From an uncultured Verrucomicrobiota bacterium (lineage in GTDB: Bacteria > Verrucomicrobiota > Verrucomicrobiia > Limisphaerales > UBA9464): DNA of 64,000 nt. The stretch's first letter is position 1. Every line of letters begins with the position of its first letter. A program made the translations under genes and the position numbers. The notes beneath the pieces are model-generated. The model did not search any database and had not been told where the DNA came from. It was given only the letters and a program-made list of their open reading frames with translations. Shown piece by piece: positions 37,168 to 46,340 of this stretch. Where the stretch lies: NCBI GenBank assembly GCA_903922605.1, contig CAIXUG010000081.1, positions 17,357-81,356 on the forward strand, given 5' to 3'.

Positions 37168-37335
37168 ATGGCTGACGAACGACGCAGCTTTCTGCCGTAG
37201 CAGACGAGGTGACGAAGGTGACGAGTCTCTAATTTCTTCTGACATCAGGCCAATGGGGCTGATCAAAAGGGGAAAGATAGAAACCCCTGACGTCGTTTCC
37301 TACGCAGTCTTTGGCGAATCGCCCAGCGAGCGAAT

Positions 37336-37746
37336 TTACTTGTCCGGAATCGTAATCACCCCGCCCGCCTCGATGGTCATCTTTGCCATTTTCAGGCGCG
37401 AATGGACCGTGGCGGTGGGCTGCTGACCCACCGGGTTGATGTTGTAGTCCTCGTCCACGACTTTGACGGGGAACTTCTCGCCCTGAAAATACGGTGCCAG
37501 ATCCGCCTCGGTCGGCGTGGCGTCGTCCCCCTTCTTATGATCGCCCGCCCACACCTGCTTCTGGGTGTCGATGGCGCGCAGGTTCATGACGATCGAATTG
37601 TACTTCGAGGAGGATAGCGCGTTGGTGATGTTGGGGACGGCGACCATCGCCAGCATGCCGATGATCATGATCACGATCATGATCTCGATGAGGGTGAAGG
37701 CCGAGCGACGGGCCGAACGGCGTACTGATGAAGGGCGAACTTTCAT
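37336..37746 (-). CDS. Prepilin-type N-terminal cleavage/methylation-domain protein (pilin-like), paralogue 1
   Basis: MKVRPSSVRRSARRSA/FTLIEIMIVIMIIGMLAMVAVP. It is about 60% identical to the protein at 40124-40531 and shares the C-terminus IEAGGVITIPDK. Confidence 0.85.
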   Translation of the reverse strand: MKVRPSSVRRSARRSAFTLIEIMIVIMIIGMLAMVAVPNITNALSSSKYNSIVMNLRAIDTQKQVWAGDHKKGDDATPTEADLAPYFQGEKFPVKVVDEDYNINPVGQQPTATVHSRLKMAKMTIEAGGVITIPDK

Positions 37747-37786
37747 GGCGATGTCGTTTTGCGGGTCCAACTGGGGACGACAGGAA

Positions 37787-37805
37787 TCAACACCGCCGCC
37801 GGGCA
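37787..37805 (-). promoter_or_regulatory. Conserved 19-nt motif upstream of pilin-like gene 1
   Basis: Minus-strand TGCCCGGCGGCGGTGTTGA, identical to 40571-40589. It lies at the same distance, about 40-58 nt, upstream of each ATG and ends in a TTGAYT -35-like hexamer. Confidence 0.45.
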
Positions 37806-38052
37806 AAGGTTGCATGGCGGCTTACGATTCCGGTTTCCGAGGCGCAAAATAGTGCGGATGCCGACGGTTTCAAACTGCTTTTCTGCGAAGGGCGGCGGGG
37901 CGGGAACAGAGCAGGGGAGAAAGGGGGTAGGGATGCAGGGGTGCGAGGGAGGTTACTCTTGCTCCCCCGCACCATTTCTCCCCTGCTCGTTCATTCCGGC
38001 CAAGAACGGGGTTGTTTCACCCTTCTGGAAGGGCTATTTCCTCCGGCCTTTG

Positions 38053-40014
38053 ATGCGTCCGGCACACGATCGCTTTGCGCCACGTCTGGCTCCGCTGGCT
38101 TGGCGGATCTGGCTGGCAATTGGCGTGGGAGCGACGCTGGCCGGACTCGGCCTTTCCTGGCTGGGGCAGCTGAATGCCTGGGGATATGCCCTGGCGCTTG
38201 TGCTTGGCCTCGTTGCCGGCGGACTGGTCTGGGGGCGTGAATTTCGTGGAGGCAGGGTACGGCTGAAACCGCGTTGGCGACGTTTTCGCCGGCCCGCACC
38301 GGCCGGTTTTCTGATCCTGAGCGCGGTCGCTTTTGTCGGCGGGGCGCTGTATTCGCCAATCAACTACGACACGCTCTGGTACCGGCTGCCCCGCGTGCTC
38401 CACTGGCTAGGGGAGGGGCGCTGGCACTGGATTCACACCTACGAGCTGCGGTTCAACGTCATCGCCACGGGCATGGAATGGCTCTGGGCCCCGCTCGTCG
38501 CCTGGTCGCATTCCGACCGGCTGATCTTCCTGCCCAACTTTGCCGCCTTCCTGCTGTTGCCGGGGGCCGTCTTCAGCCTTTTCACCCGGTTGGGCGTCCG
38601 CCCGCGCGTGGCGTGGTGGTGGATGTGGCTGCTGCCGGCAGGCTGGGTCTTTGCCATGCAGGCGGGCAGCGCCGCCAACGACTCCTACGCCGCCGTCTAT
38701 GCGCTCCTGATGGTGGATTTCGCGTTGCGCGCCCGTAAGAGCGGCCGGGTCACGGAATGGTGGTGGGCGTTGCTCGCCATGGCGTTGCTGACCAACACCA
38801 AGCAGAGCAACATGCCGCTCGGCCTCCTATGGCTGGTCGCCGCCTTGCCGGGCACGGGGATGGCGCTGCGCCGGCCATTTGCCACCCTGGCAGTGACCGT
38901 CATGGGGCTGATGGTATCCGTGATCCCTGTGGTGGCGCAGAATCTCTCGCATACTGGCAACTGGATGGGCTGGCCCCGGGCGGAACAGACCTGGATTCCC
39001 CAATACCCTTTGGTAGCCGTGGTGGCCAATACGGGGCTGGTGTCGCTGCACAACCTGCTGCCGCCATTTTTGCCGTTCAGCAACCGGTGGAACGCGCTGG
39101 CCACCGTGTTCGGTGACCGGTTTGACCCCTACCTGCGGGGGTTTGAGTTTTTTGGGCAGATGCCCAAAGTGTTCGATGAGGCATCGGCCGGGCTGGGGCC
39201 GTGTCTCATGGTCTTGGCGGTCGCAGCCTGGTTTTTGCGGTCGAAGGGCGAAAAGGCCGGGGGCAGGGGGGCTCCAGCCTGGCTGAAGTGGTCGATGGCG
39301 GCCCTGATGCTGCTGTTTCTGGCGAAGATGGGGTGCCGGCAGCCCGCGCGCTACCTTGCTGCATATTATCCCTTTTTGGTGGTCTTGTTCGTGGCGGGCG
39401 GTCCGCATGCCCAGATTGTTCGCCGGCGGTGGTGGCAATTCGCGGCTATGGCCTCCATCGGTTGTTCTGTTTTGTTGCTGGCGCTTTCAAAGCAGCGCCC
39501 GGTGCTGCCCACGCCCGGCATGGCGGGCTGGCTGGCCGCGCACTCACCGGTTGGCGGCAAATTCTTTGCCCGGTGGCAGACCAAACTCGAGGACAGCCTC
39601 GCCTTGGGCGATCACTTGGTGCCGTTTCAACCCTGGCTCAAGGACGCCCAAGTAGTTGGCTATGCTGCCTATACGATCGGTGAACTTAAGCTGTGGGAAC
39701 CCTACGGCAGCCGTCGGGTGGTGCACGTCCTTAATGGGGATTCGCCCGCCTTGCTTCGGGCCCAGGGAATCCGCTGGCTGGTGGTCGATGACATGGCCGC
39801 CGTCGTTGCCGGTAATCACGATGGTCTGGATTGGGCCGCCCGGCATGAAGCCACCGTGGTGACGGCCTACCCCTTGAGCCCGGCCGAGGCCGCCGACCGC
39901 CGGATTCGGGGCGAGGTGCTGGACTTGGAGGCGCTGGCCTATCAAAAGGTAAAACCCGGGCAAAAAGTGCCGCAGGACAATCTTTACCTGTTGGAGCTGA
40001 AGCCTGGCCCGTGA
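38053..40014 (+). CDS. Large polytopic membrane protein, GT-C-like putative glycosyltransferase, paralogue 1
   Basis: Trimmed to MRPAHDRFAPRLAPLAWRIW. It has about 12 TM helices with a first-loop motif YSPINYDTLWYRLPRVLHWLGEGRWHWI and a soluble C-terminal domain of about 180 aa. It is a paralogue of 41943-43844. Confidence 0.7.
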   Translation: MRPAHDRFAPRLAPLAWRIWLAIGVGATLAGLGLSWLGQLNAWGYALALVLGLVAGGLVWGREFRGGRVRLKPRWRRFRRPAPAGFLILSAVAFVGGALYSPINYDTLWYRLPRVLHWLGEGRWHWIHTYELRFNVIATGMEWLWAPLVAWSHSDRLIFLPNFAAFLLLPGAVFSLFTRLGVRPRVAWWWMWLLPAGWVFAMQAGSAANDSYAAVYALLMVDFALRARKSGRVTEWWWALLAMALLTNTKQSNMPLGLLWLVAALPGTGMALRRPFATLAVTVMGLMVSVIPVVAQNLSHTGNWMGWPRAEQTWIPQYPLVAVVANTGLVSLHNLLPPFLPFSNRWNALATVFGDRFDPYLRGFEFFGQMPKVFDEASAGLGPCLMVLAVAAWFLRSKGEKAGGRGAPAWLKWSMAALMLLFLAKMGCRQPARYLAAYYPFLVVLFVAGGPHAQIVRRRWWQFAAMASIGCSVLLLALSKQRPVLPTPGMAGWLAAHSPVGGKFFARWQTKLEDSLALGDHLVPFQPWLKDAQVVGYAAYTIGELKLWEPYGSRRVVHVLNGDSPALLRAQGIRWLVVDDMAAVVAGNHDGLDWAARHEATVVTAYPLSPAEAADRRIRGEVLDLEALAYQKVKPGQKVPQDNLYLLELKPGP

Positions 40015-40123
40015 GTGAGGAAAGGCGGGCCAGGGCCGTAGGCCTGACTTGCCGCAACGGCCAAAGATAGGGAGCGAAAGCGAGCTCACTCCCTGTCCCC
40101 CTCACTCTGGTCCTCGCCCCTAT

Positions 40124-40531
40124 TTACTTGTCCGGAATCGTGATCACGCTGCCCGCCTCGATGGTCATGGAGGACATCTTGATGCGGGTGGGGGTGGTGG
40201 CAGTGGGCGGCTGGCCGACCGGGTTGATGTGGTAGGTTTCGCCCAAGATGGCGGACAGGAACTGGCCGTTCTGAAAATAGGGGGAGAGATCGGCTTCGGT
40301 CGGCGTTGCGTGGTCGCCTTTCATGCGTTTAACCGCCCACAGATGCTTCTGGTTATCGATGACCCGGAGGTTTTGGATGATCGCATTGTACCGCGCCTCG
40401 GAGTGGGAATTGCCGAGGTTGGGGATCGCCACCATGACCAGCAGGCCGATGATCATGATCACAAGCGTTATCTCGATGCAGGTGAAGCCCAAGCGACGGG
40501 CCGGACGGCGGACGGAAGGGCGAACTTTCAT
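40124..40531 (-). CDS. Prepilin-type N-terminal cleavage/methylation-domain protein (pilin-like), paralogue 2
   Basis: MKVRPSVRRPARRLG/FTCIEITLVIMIIGLLVMVAIP, with C-terminus IEAGSVITIPDK. Confidence 0.85.
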   Translation of the reverse strand: MKVRPSVRRPARRLGFTCIEITLVIMIIGLLVMVAIPNLGNSHSEARYNAIIQNLRVIDNQKHLWAVKRMKGDHATPTEADLSPYFQNGQFLSAILGETYHINPVGQPPTATTPTRIKMSSMTIEAGSVITIPDK

Positions 40532-40570
40532 GGCGATGTCGATTTCCCGGTTCAAACGGGACTCTGCGAG

Positions 40571-40589
40571 TCAACACCGCCGCCGGGCA
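40571..40589 (-). promoter_or_regulatory. Conserved 19-nt motif upstream of pilin-like gene 2
   Basis: Identical 19-mer to 37787-37805. The flanks are also partly conserved (gcaacc upstream, gacatcgccATG downstream). Confidence 0.45.
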
Positions 40590-40678
40590 GCGGTTGCGCG
40601 ATGGGGCAAATTGAACTGCCATCAATCGGTGACACGGCTTGAAACTGGCCTCGCGGCACGATTACGTTCGCGGTCTGC

Positions 40679-41887
40679 ATGTCCGACGAGATTGAACTGA
40701 CCATAGTGATGCCCTGCCTCAACGAGGCAGAGACGCTGGCCCGCTGCATCGAGAAGGCGCACGCGGGCCTCGCCAAGGCAGGCGTCACGGGAGAGGTGCT
40801 CATCGCGGACAACGGCAGCACCGACGGGTCCATCGAGATCGCCCAGCGGCTCGGTGCCCGCGTGGAGCATGTGAAGGCCAAGGGCTATGGGAACGCCCTG
40901 CGCGGCGGCTTTGCGGCGGCCCGCGGCAAATGGCTCATGATGGGCGACTCGGACGACAGCTACGATTTCTCCAACATCAGCGGTTTTGTCGCCAAGCTCC
41001 GCGAGGGTTATGAGCTCGTGATGGGCTGCCGGCTGCCCAGCGGCGGCGGCACCATTGCGCCGGGCGCGATGCCGTGGAAGAACCGCTGGCTGGGGAATCC
41101 CACGCTGTCGTTTTTGGGACGGCTGTTCTTCAAGACGCCCATCCATGACTTTCACTGCGGCATGCGCGCCTTTTCGGCCGCGGCCTGGCGCAAGATGGAT
41201 CTGAAGACGACCGGCATGGAGTTCGCCTCCGAGATGGTCATGAAGGCGACGATCAAGGGCCTGCGGATCACCGAGGTGCCGATCACCCTGTACAAGGACG
41301 GGCGCAACCGTCCGCCCCACCTGAAGCCGTGGCGCGATGGCTGGCGGCACCTGCGGTTCATGCTGATCTACTCGCCCAAGTGGCTGTTTCTCATGCCGGG
41401 AATTGTCCTTTTCCTGCTTGGCGGGCTGGGGATGGCGCTGACCTCCTTTCACGCGTTCGGGGTGGGTTCGGTCCAGTTCGATGTCGGGACGATGCTCGGG
41501 GCCGGTCTGTGGATGGTCCTCGGCGTGCAGCTGGTATCGCTGGCGTTTTTCACCAAGGTCTTTGCGGTCGGGGAGGGGCTGCTGAATGCCGATCCGGATT
41601 TCACCAACCTGTTCCGCCGCTTCAACCTGGAGCGGGGGCTGATCGTGGGGCTGCTGACGCTGCTGACCGGTTTTGTCCTTTTCCTGCGGGCGCTCCTCGT
41701 CTGGAAGCAGGCGCACTTTGGTGTGCTGGACTACGCCGATAACCTGCGCCGGCTGATCCCGGCCACGACGCTTTGCACGATCGGCCTGCAGGTGATGTCC
41801 GCCAGCTTCTATCTGAGCGTGCTCGGGCTGAAGACGGGCACCCGTACTCCGCCGGGAAGCGAAGGCTCTGGTCCGGCCCGGACCTGA
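40679..41887 (+). CDS. Family-2 glycosyltransferase with C-terminal TM helices (GtrB/ArnC-like polyprenyl-phosphate glycosyltransferase architecture)
   Basis: LTIVMPCLNE, LIADNGSTDGS, MMGDSDDSYD (DxD), then 4 predicted TM helices (WLFLMPGIVLFLLGGLGMAL and others). Confidence 0.85.
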   Translation: MSDEIELTIVMPCLNEAETLARCIEKAHAGLAKAGVTGEVLIADNGSTDGSIEIAQRLGARVEHVKAKGYGNALRGGFAAARGKWLMMGDSDDSYDFSNISGFVAKLREGYELVMGCRLPSGGGTIAPGAMPWKNRWLGNPTLSFLGRLFFKTPIHDFHCGMRAFSAAAWRKMDLKTTGMEFASEMVMKATIKGLRITEVPITLYKDGRNRPPHLKPWRDGWRHLRFMLIYSPKWLFLMPGIVLFLLGGLGMALTSFHAFGVGSVQFDVGTMLGAGLWMVLGVQLVSLAFFTKVFAVGEGLLNADPDFTNLFRRFNLERGLIVGLLTLLTGFVLFLRALLVWKQAHFGVLDYADNLRRLIPATTLCTIGLQVMSASFYLSVLGLKTGTRTPPGSEGSGPART

Positions 41888-41942
41888 GACGGACCAAAGT
41901 CCGCCGCGCCTCGTGCACACGGAATCCTCAGGTATTTCCAGC

Positions 41943-43844
41943 ATGTGCTCCGAAACCAACGCGCCGCGTCCGGCCCTGATGTGGGTCTGGCTGCTGGCTT
42001 GGCTGCCTGCGCTGGGTTGGATGCTTTCCGCCGTTGGGCAGCTTAACCGGGTCGGCTATGCCGTCGGCCTCGTGGTCGCCGTGATCATCACCGGGCTCCT
42101 GTGGCGGCCGGGTTTTGCGGCAACGGGCTGGGGCTGCTGGTCTTTCAAACGCCTGCGACGGCGGTTTGGTCGGCCTTTGCCCTTTTGCTTTCTGGTCACG
42201 GTCGCTCTGGGGCTGGTCGGAGGGCTGCTTTACGCGCCCAACAACTATGACGCGCTTTCCTACCGGACACCGCGCTCCCTGCACTGGTTGGCGGCAGGGC
42301 GCTGGCACTGGATCGAGACGGTTCATGAGCGTCTCAACACCCGGGCGAGCGGGTTCGAGTGGGCGACGACGCCGTTGCTGGCGTTCACCCATTCGGACCG
42401 GTTGTTTTTCCTGCTGAGCTTCGGCTCCTTTTTGCTGCTGCCCGGGCTGACCTTTGCCTGGCTGCGTCGCATGGGCGTGGGCGGACGGGCGGCGTGGAAC
42501 TGGATGTGGGTCTTCGCCGGCGGCTACTGCTTCGCGTTGCAGGCTGGCGGAATCCAGAACGATCTTTATGGCGTGACGCTGGTTCTCGCCGCGATGGTCT
42601 TTGCCAGGCGTGCCAGCGACGGCGGGAAGTGGCTCGACCTTGCCACCTCGGTGCTGGCGGCCGCCCTTTCCACCAACGCCAAGTCCAGCAACCTGCCGCT
42701 GCTGCTTCCCTGGGCCATTGCCATCTGGCCCGCCAGTCGCGCCTGCCTGCGGCGGCCTCTGGCCACGGCGCTGGTCCTGGTGGTGGCGGCGCTCGGTTCG
42801 CTGCTGCCCGTGGCAGTGCTCAATCAGCGGCATTGCGGCGACTGGTCCGGGGCGAGCATTGAACCACTGGCCAAACAGATTTCGCAGCGGGCCTATGCCC
42901 CGGCCTACGTCGTTCACAACGCCGCGTTGCTGGTGATCCAGAACCTCGCGCCGCCGGTGTTCCCCTTTGCAGGCCCTTGGAACGCGGCGGTACAGCATGC
43001 CCTGCCCGAACGCTGGCTTGCCCTGCTGGATGTCGCGGCGGAGGAAGGGCGCAATTCTTACCGGCTGCGTGAGTTGCCCGGTGACGAACACACCGGGCTC
43101 GGGCTGGGGGTCACCGCGCTGCTGCTGGTGCAACTGGCGCTTCGCCGACGGCAGGACGCCGCCGCCGGGCCTCAACCGTGGTCCATGCGGCTGCTGCGCT
43201 GGTCACCCTGGCTCAGTCTGCTGGTCTATTCGGCCATAGCGGCCATTCAGACCACCTCCCGGATTGCCGCCCCGTATTACGCCCTGCTGCTGCCCACGCT
43301 GTTGCCGCGTGGTTCGCGTGGTGACATAAGCCGCCGGGCGTGGTGGCCCCGCCTCGCGCTGCTGGCCTACGGGTCCACCTTTTTGCTCATGGTGCTGTCA
43401 CCCTCACGCCCCCTCTGGCCGGCGGTGCGGGTGCTGGGCACGTTGCAGGAGCGTTTTCATCACCCGCTCATTGCCCGGGCGCTCACCGTCTATCAGGTGT
43501 ACGGCGACCGCGCCGAGCTGCTGTCGGGGCTGGTCAAACACCTCGACCATCCGGACGACACGATCGGTTTCATCGCCCAAAACGCTCTCGAAACCTCGCT
43601 TTGGAAACCGTTCGGCACACGACGGGTGGTCCACCTGCTGCCCCAGGATGACGCGGCGGCCGTGCGTGCCCGGGGAGCCCAGGCCATCGTGGTGCCGGTG
43701 GTGGAAATGGAGGGTATGACGGGCCTGTCCATCACGGAATGGAGCCGGCGAATCGGGGCTGAGCTGGTCGTCGAAGAGGAATTGCGCACCACGGCCAGCC
43801 ACGAACCCGCCCGATGGGCATTGTTTCGGTTGAAGCCGCTCTGA
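41943..43844 (+). CDS. Large polytopic membrane protein, GT-C-like putative glycosyltransferase, paralogue 2
   Basis: MCSETNAPRPALMWVWLLAWLPALGW..., with first-loop motif YAPNNYDALSYRTPRSLHWLAAGRWHWI. It is collinear with the paralogue at 38053-40014. An alternative GTG start lies at 41913. Confidence 0.7.
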   Translation: MCSETNAPRPALMWVWLLAWLPALGWMLSAVGQLNRVGYAVGLVVAVIITGLLWRPGFAATGWGCWSFKRLRRRFGRPLPFCFLVTVALGLVGGLLYAPNNYDALSYRTPRSLHWLAAGRWHWIETVHERLNTRASGFEWATTPLLAFTHSDRLFFLLSFGSFLLLPGLTFAWLRRMGVGGRAAWNWMWVFAGGYCFALQAGGIQNDLYGVTLVLAAMVFARRASDGGKWLDLATSVLAAALSTNAKSSNLPLLLPWAIAIWPASRACLRRPLATALVLVVAALGSLLPVAVLNQRHCGDWSGASIEPLAKQISQRAYAPAYVVHNAALLVIQNLAPPVFPFAGPWNAAVQHALPERWLALLDVAAEEGRNSYRLRELPGDEHTGLGLGVTALLLVQLALRRRQDAAAGPQPWSMRLLRWSPWLSLLVYSAIAAIQTTSRIAAPYYALLLPTLLPRGSRGDISRRAWWPRLALLAYGSTFLLMVLSPSRPLWPAVRVLGTLQERFHHPLIARALTVYQVYGDRAELLSGLVKHLDHPDDTIGFIAQNALETSLWKPFGTRRVVHLLPQDDAAAVRARGAQAIVVPVVEMEGMTGLSITEWSRRIGAELVVEEELRTTASHEPARWALFRLKPL

Positions 43845-43875
43845 CATTCCGCCGACCCTGTGCTCGCTTTCGCTT

Positions 43876-44439
43876 ATGACGTTACTGGACCGAATCCTGC
43901 AAAACTGGCGCGTGGACAAGGCGAGCCGCTTCCTCATTCCCGGCATGAAGGTACTCGACCTGGGCAGCGCCGACGGGGTGCTGTTTTCGCGCCACGGCGG
44001 TTGCGGTCCCGGCAGCATGGGCATTGATCCGGCACTGGCGGCGGATAGCCGTTCGGCCAATGGTTTTCGGCAGACGCGGGGTTTTTTCCCGCAGGACATG
44101 CCGAAGGACGCGGGAGTGTTTGACGCCGTCGTCATGCTGGCGGTGCTGGAGCATTTTCCCAACGACCAGCACGGCGTGCTGGCGAGCGGCATCGCGAACT
44201 GCCTGCGACCGGGCGGCCTGCTGATCATCACGGTGCCGTCGGCCATCGTGGATCACATCCTGAACGTGCTCACGACGCTGCGCCTGGTTCATGGCATGGC
44301 CCTGGAAGAGCACCACGGCTACGAGGTGTGCCACACGCCGATGATCTTCAGCCCGCCCCGGTTCCGGTTGCTGAAGCGCCAGAAGTTCCAGCTGGGAGTG
44401 AACAACCTCTTTGTTTTCGAGCGGACGGCCAAAAACTGA
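43876..44439 (+). CDS. Class I SAM-dependent methyltransferase
   Basis: Motif I VLDLGSADG, plus VVMLAVLEHF and LRPGGLLIITVP. Confidence 0.8.
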   Translation: MTLLDRILQNWRVDKASRFLIPGMKVLDLGSADGVLFSRHGGCGPGSMGIDPALAADSRSANGFRQTRGFFPQDMPKDAGVFDAVVMLAVLEHFPNDQHGVLASGIANCLRPGGLLIITVPSAIVDHILNVLTTLRLVHGMALEEHHGYEVCHTPMIFSPPRFRLLKRQKFQLGVNNLFVFERTAKN

Positions 44440-44448
44440 GACCGCTGT

Positions 44449-45174
44449 TCAGCGGAGAGTGCGGGAATCGTCCACCGGCACCGGATTCAGCCGGCGTCGT
44501 TGGTACCAGGCGACCCCGACGAGGTCGAAGAGGCCCCGACCCAGCCGGTTCCAGACTCCGTATTTGCTCACGCCGGCGACGCGGGGACGGTGGTTCACGG
44601 GTACTTCCCGGCATTGGCTGCCGTTGCCCGCGACGAGGATCGGCAGGAATCGGTGCAGCCCGTTAAAGGGAAACACGCCGGTGAGCGAAGAGCGCTTGAA
44701 GGCACGCAGGGCGCAGCCGGTATCGGCGAAGTCGTAGCGCAGCACGAGCTTGCGCGCGGCCCGGGCCACCCGGGAGGAAACCTTGCGGACAAAGGAGTCC
44801 TGCCGGTTCACGCGATGGCCACAGACGAAATCCACCTCGCCAAGCAGGGCCAGCATCCGGGGCAGCTCGGCGGGATCGTTCTGAAGATCGCCATCGAGTG
44901 TGCAGAGCAGGGGAGCGGTCGAGCCGGTCAGGCCGGTCCAGACGGCGGCACTCTGGCCCCGGTTCTTCGTGTGGCGCAGGCCGCGCACATGCGGATCGCG
45001 GGTCTGGGCGGCCAGGATTTCCGCCCAGGTGCCGTCGTTGCTGCAATCGTCCACGAGCACGAGTTCCCACGGGCGTGGTTCGGCGCCAAACAGGCGGGCG
45101 ATCTCGTCCACGAGCGGGGCGACATTGGCCGACTCGTTAAACATCGGCACGACAATGGCGATTTCAGCAGACAC
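44449..45174 (-). CDS. Family-2 glycosyltransferase (soluble, dolichyl/polyprenyl-phosphate sugar synthase-like)
   Basis: IAIVVPMFNE, LVLVDDCSNDGT, LDGDLQNDP, and NRGQSAA. Confidence 0.85.
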   Translation of the reverse strand: MSAEIAIVVPMFNESANVAPLVDEIARLFGAEPRPWELVLVDDCSNDGTWAEILAAQTRDPHVRGLRHTKNRGQSAAVWTGLTGSTAPLLCTLDGDLQNDPAELPRMLALLGEVDFVCGHRVNRQDSFVRKVSSRVARAARKLVLRYDFADTGCALRAFKRSSLTGVFPFNGLHRFLPILVAGNGSQCREVPVNHRPRVAGVSKYGVWNRLGRGLFDLVGVAWYQRRRLNPVPVDDSRTLR

Positions 45175-45249
45175 GGTGCCCAGAGGGTAAAACGCAGCGC
45201 CGATGGGCGTCGAGCCCGCGCCGTTTCCGGAAAGCGCTGAAAATGCCGG

Positions 45250-45558
45250 TTACCGGCGCTCGGGGGGAATGGTTTTCAGCTGCGAAGCGAACCGCGCGTG
45301 GGCTGCGAGGTCCACCGGGCGGTGCTTGACCCGGCTGCTGGCCGGGTCGTGGTCGAGGAAGTTGTCGCCCTTCCAATTGTTCGCCGGGCGGACCGGGCGG
45401 GGAGTGAAGCCGCCGCCGCAGTTCGGGCAGACATCGTGCAGAATGCTGTCCACACACGTCGCGCAGAACGTGCATTCGTAAGAGCAGATGCGCGCCTCGG
45501 TGGATTCGGGCGGCAGCGGCTGGTTGCAGTGCTCGCAGGTGGGGCGGAGTTCCAGCAT
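45250..45558 (-). CDS. DUF1272 zinc-ribbon protein
   Basis: MLELRPTCEHCNQPLPP...ICSYECTFCATCV...CPNCGGGF, a pattern of four Cys pairs. Confidence 0.75.
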   Translation of the reverse strand: MLELRPTCEHCNQPLPPESTEARICSYECTFCATCVDSILHDVCPNCGGGFTPRPVRPANNWKGDNFLDHDPASSRVKHRPVDLAAHARFASQLKTIPPERR

Positions 45559-45580
45559 GTCGAAACAGGGGAATGCCCAA

Positions 45581-46336
45581 TTACGTCTTCTGCCGCAATC
45601 CTACGACCGTACCATGAAGCTCCTGGGCGAGGATTTTCCGGTCGGCCCCGGGCGGGCGGGCGGTGCCAAAGGCGACGCGTCCGCCGATCCAGGCCTTGCC
45701 GAGCAGGTTCAAAAAGTGCGGGAAGAAAGTCATGTCGCGCCAGTAGGCCACATCGTCCGCCACCGTGCCCTCGCTGACGGAGTAATCGAGCGCCACCGGG
45801 GCCACCACCCAGCCGTTGCCCACGGCGGGTGCCAGCAGCGATGGACGGAAAGGCAGCACCGTGTCACCGCCGGAACTGGTGCCTTCGAGAAACATCACCA
45901 CCGGAACGTTGTCCTCAAGGATGGGCGCGAACTGACGGGCGACCTCAACCAGGTCACCCTTGCGCTCGCGTTGGAGATAGAGGGTGCCGGCACACTGCGT
46001 CAGCCAGCCGATGATGGGCCAGCCGCGCACCTCGGCCTTGGAGACGAAGACCATGGGCGTGACGGCAACGAGGGTGACGATGTCGAGATAGCCAAGATGG
46101 TTGGAGCAGAAGAACTGGGCGGCGGGTACCGGTCCCACCGATTCGACTCGCAGGTCGAGTACCCGGCATAGGCCTTTGGCATGGCGGTGAGACCATTCCG
46201 CCCGCAGACGGTAATTGCGCCGTCCGAGCCTCCTCTCCGCCGGACGCACGGTCCGGCCGAAGTCAATGAGCGCGAGCGCGCTAAACCAGAGGAAATTAAG
46301 GAATCGTCCCGCCGCGCGGAACGGGTGTCGCGGCAT
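45581..46336 (-). CDS. olsA: Lysolipid acyltransferase (PlsC family), probable lyso-ornithine-lipid O-acyltransferase
   Basis: HX4D motif (SNHLGYLDI) and FLEGTSSGG. Trimmed to MPRHPFRAAGRF. It starts 4 nt after the stop of the olsB-like gene. Confidence 0.65.
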   Translation of the reverse strand: MPRHPFRAAGRFLNFLWFSALALIDFGRTVRPAERRLGRRNYRLRAEWSHRHAKGLCRVLDLRVESVGPVPAAQFFCSNHLGYLDIVTLVAVTPMVFVSKAEVRGWPIIGWLTQCAGTLYLQRERKGDLVEVARQFAPILEDNVPVVMFLEGTSSGGDTVLPFRPSLLAPAVGNGWVVAPVALDYSVSEGTVADDVAYWRDMTFFPHFLNLLGKAWIGGRVAFGTARPPGADRKILAQELHGTVVGLRQKT

Positions 46337-46340
46337 GGAC

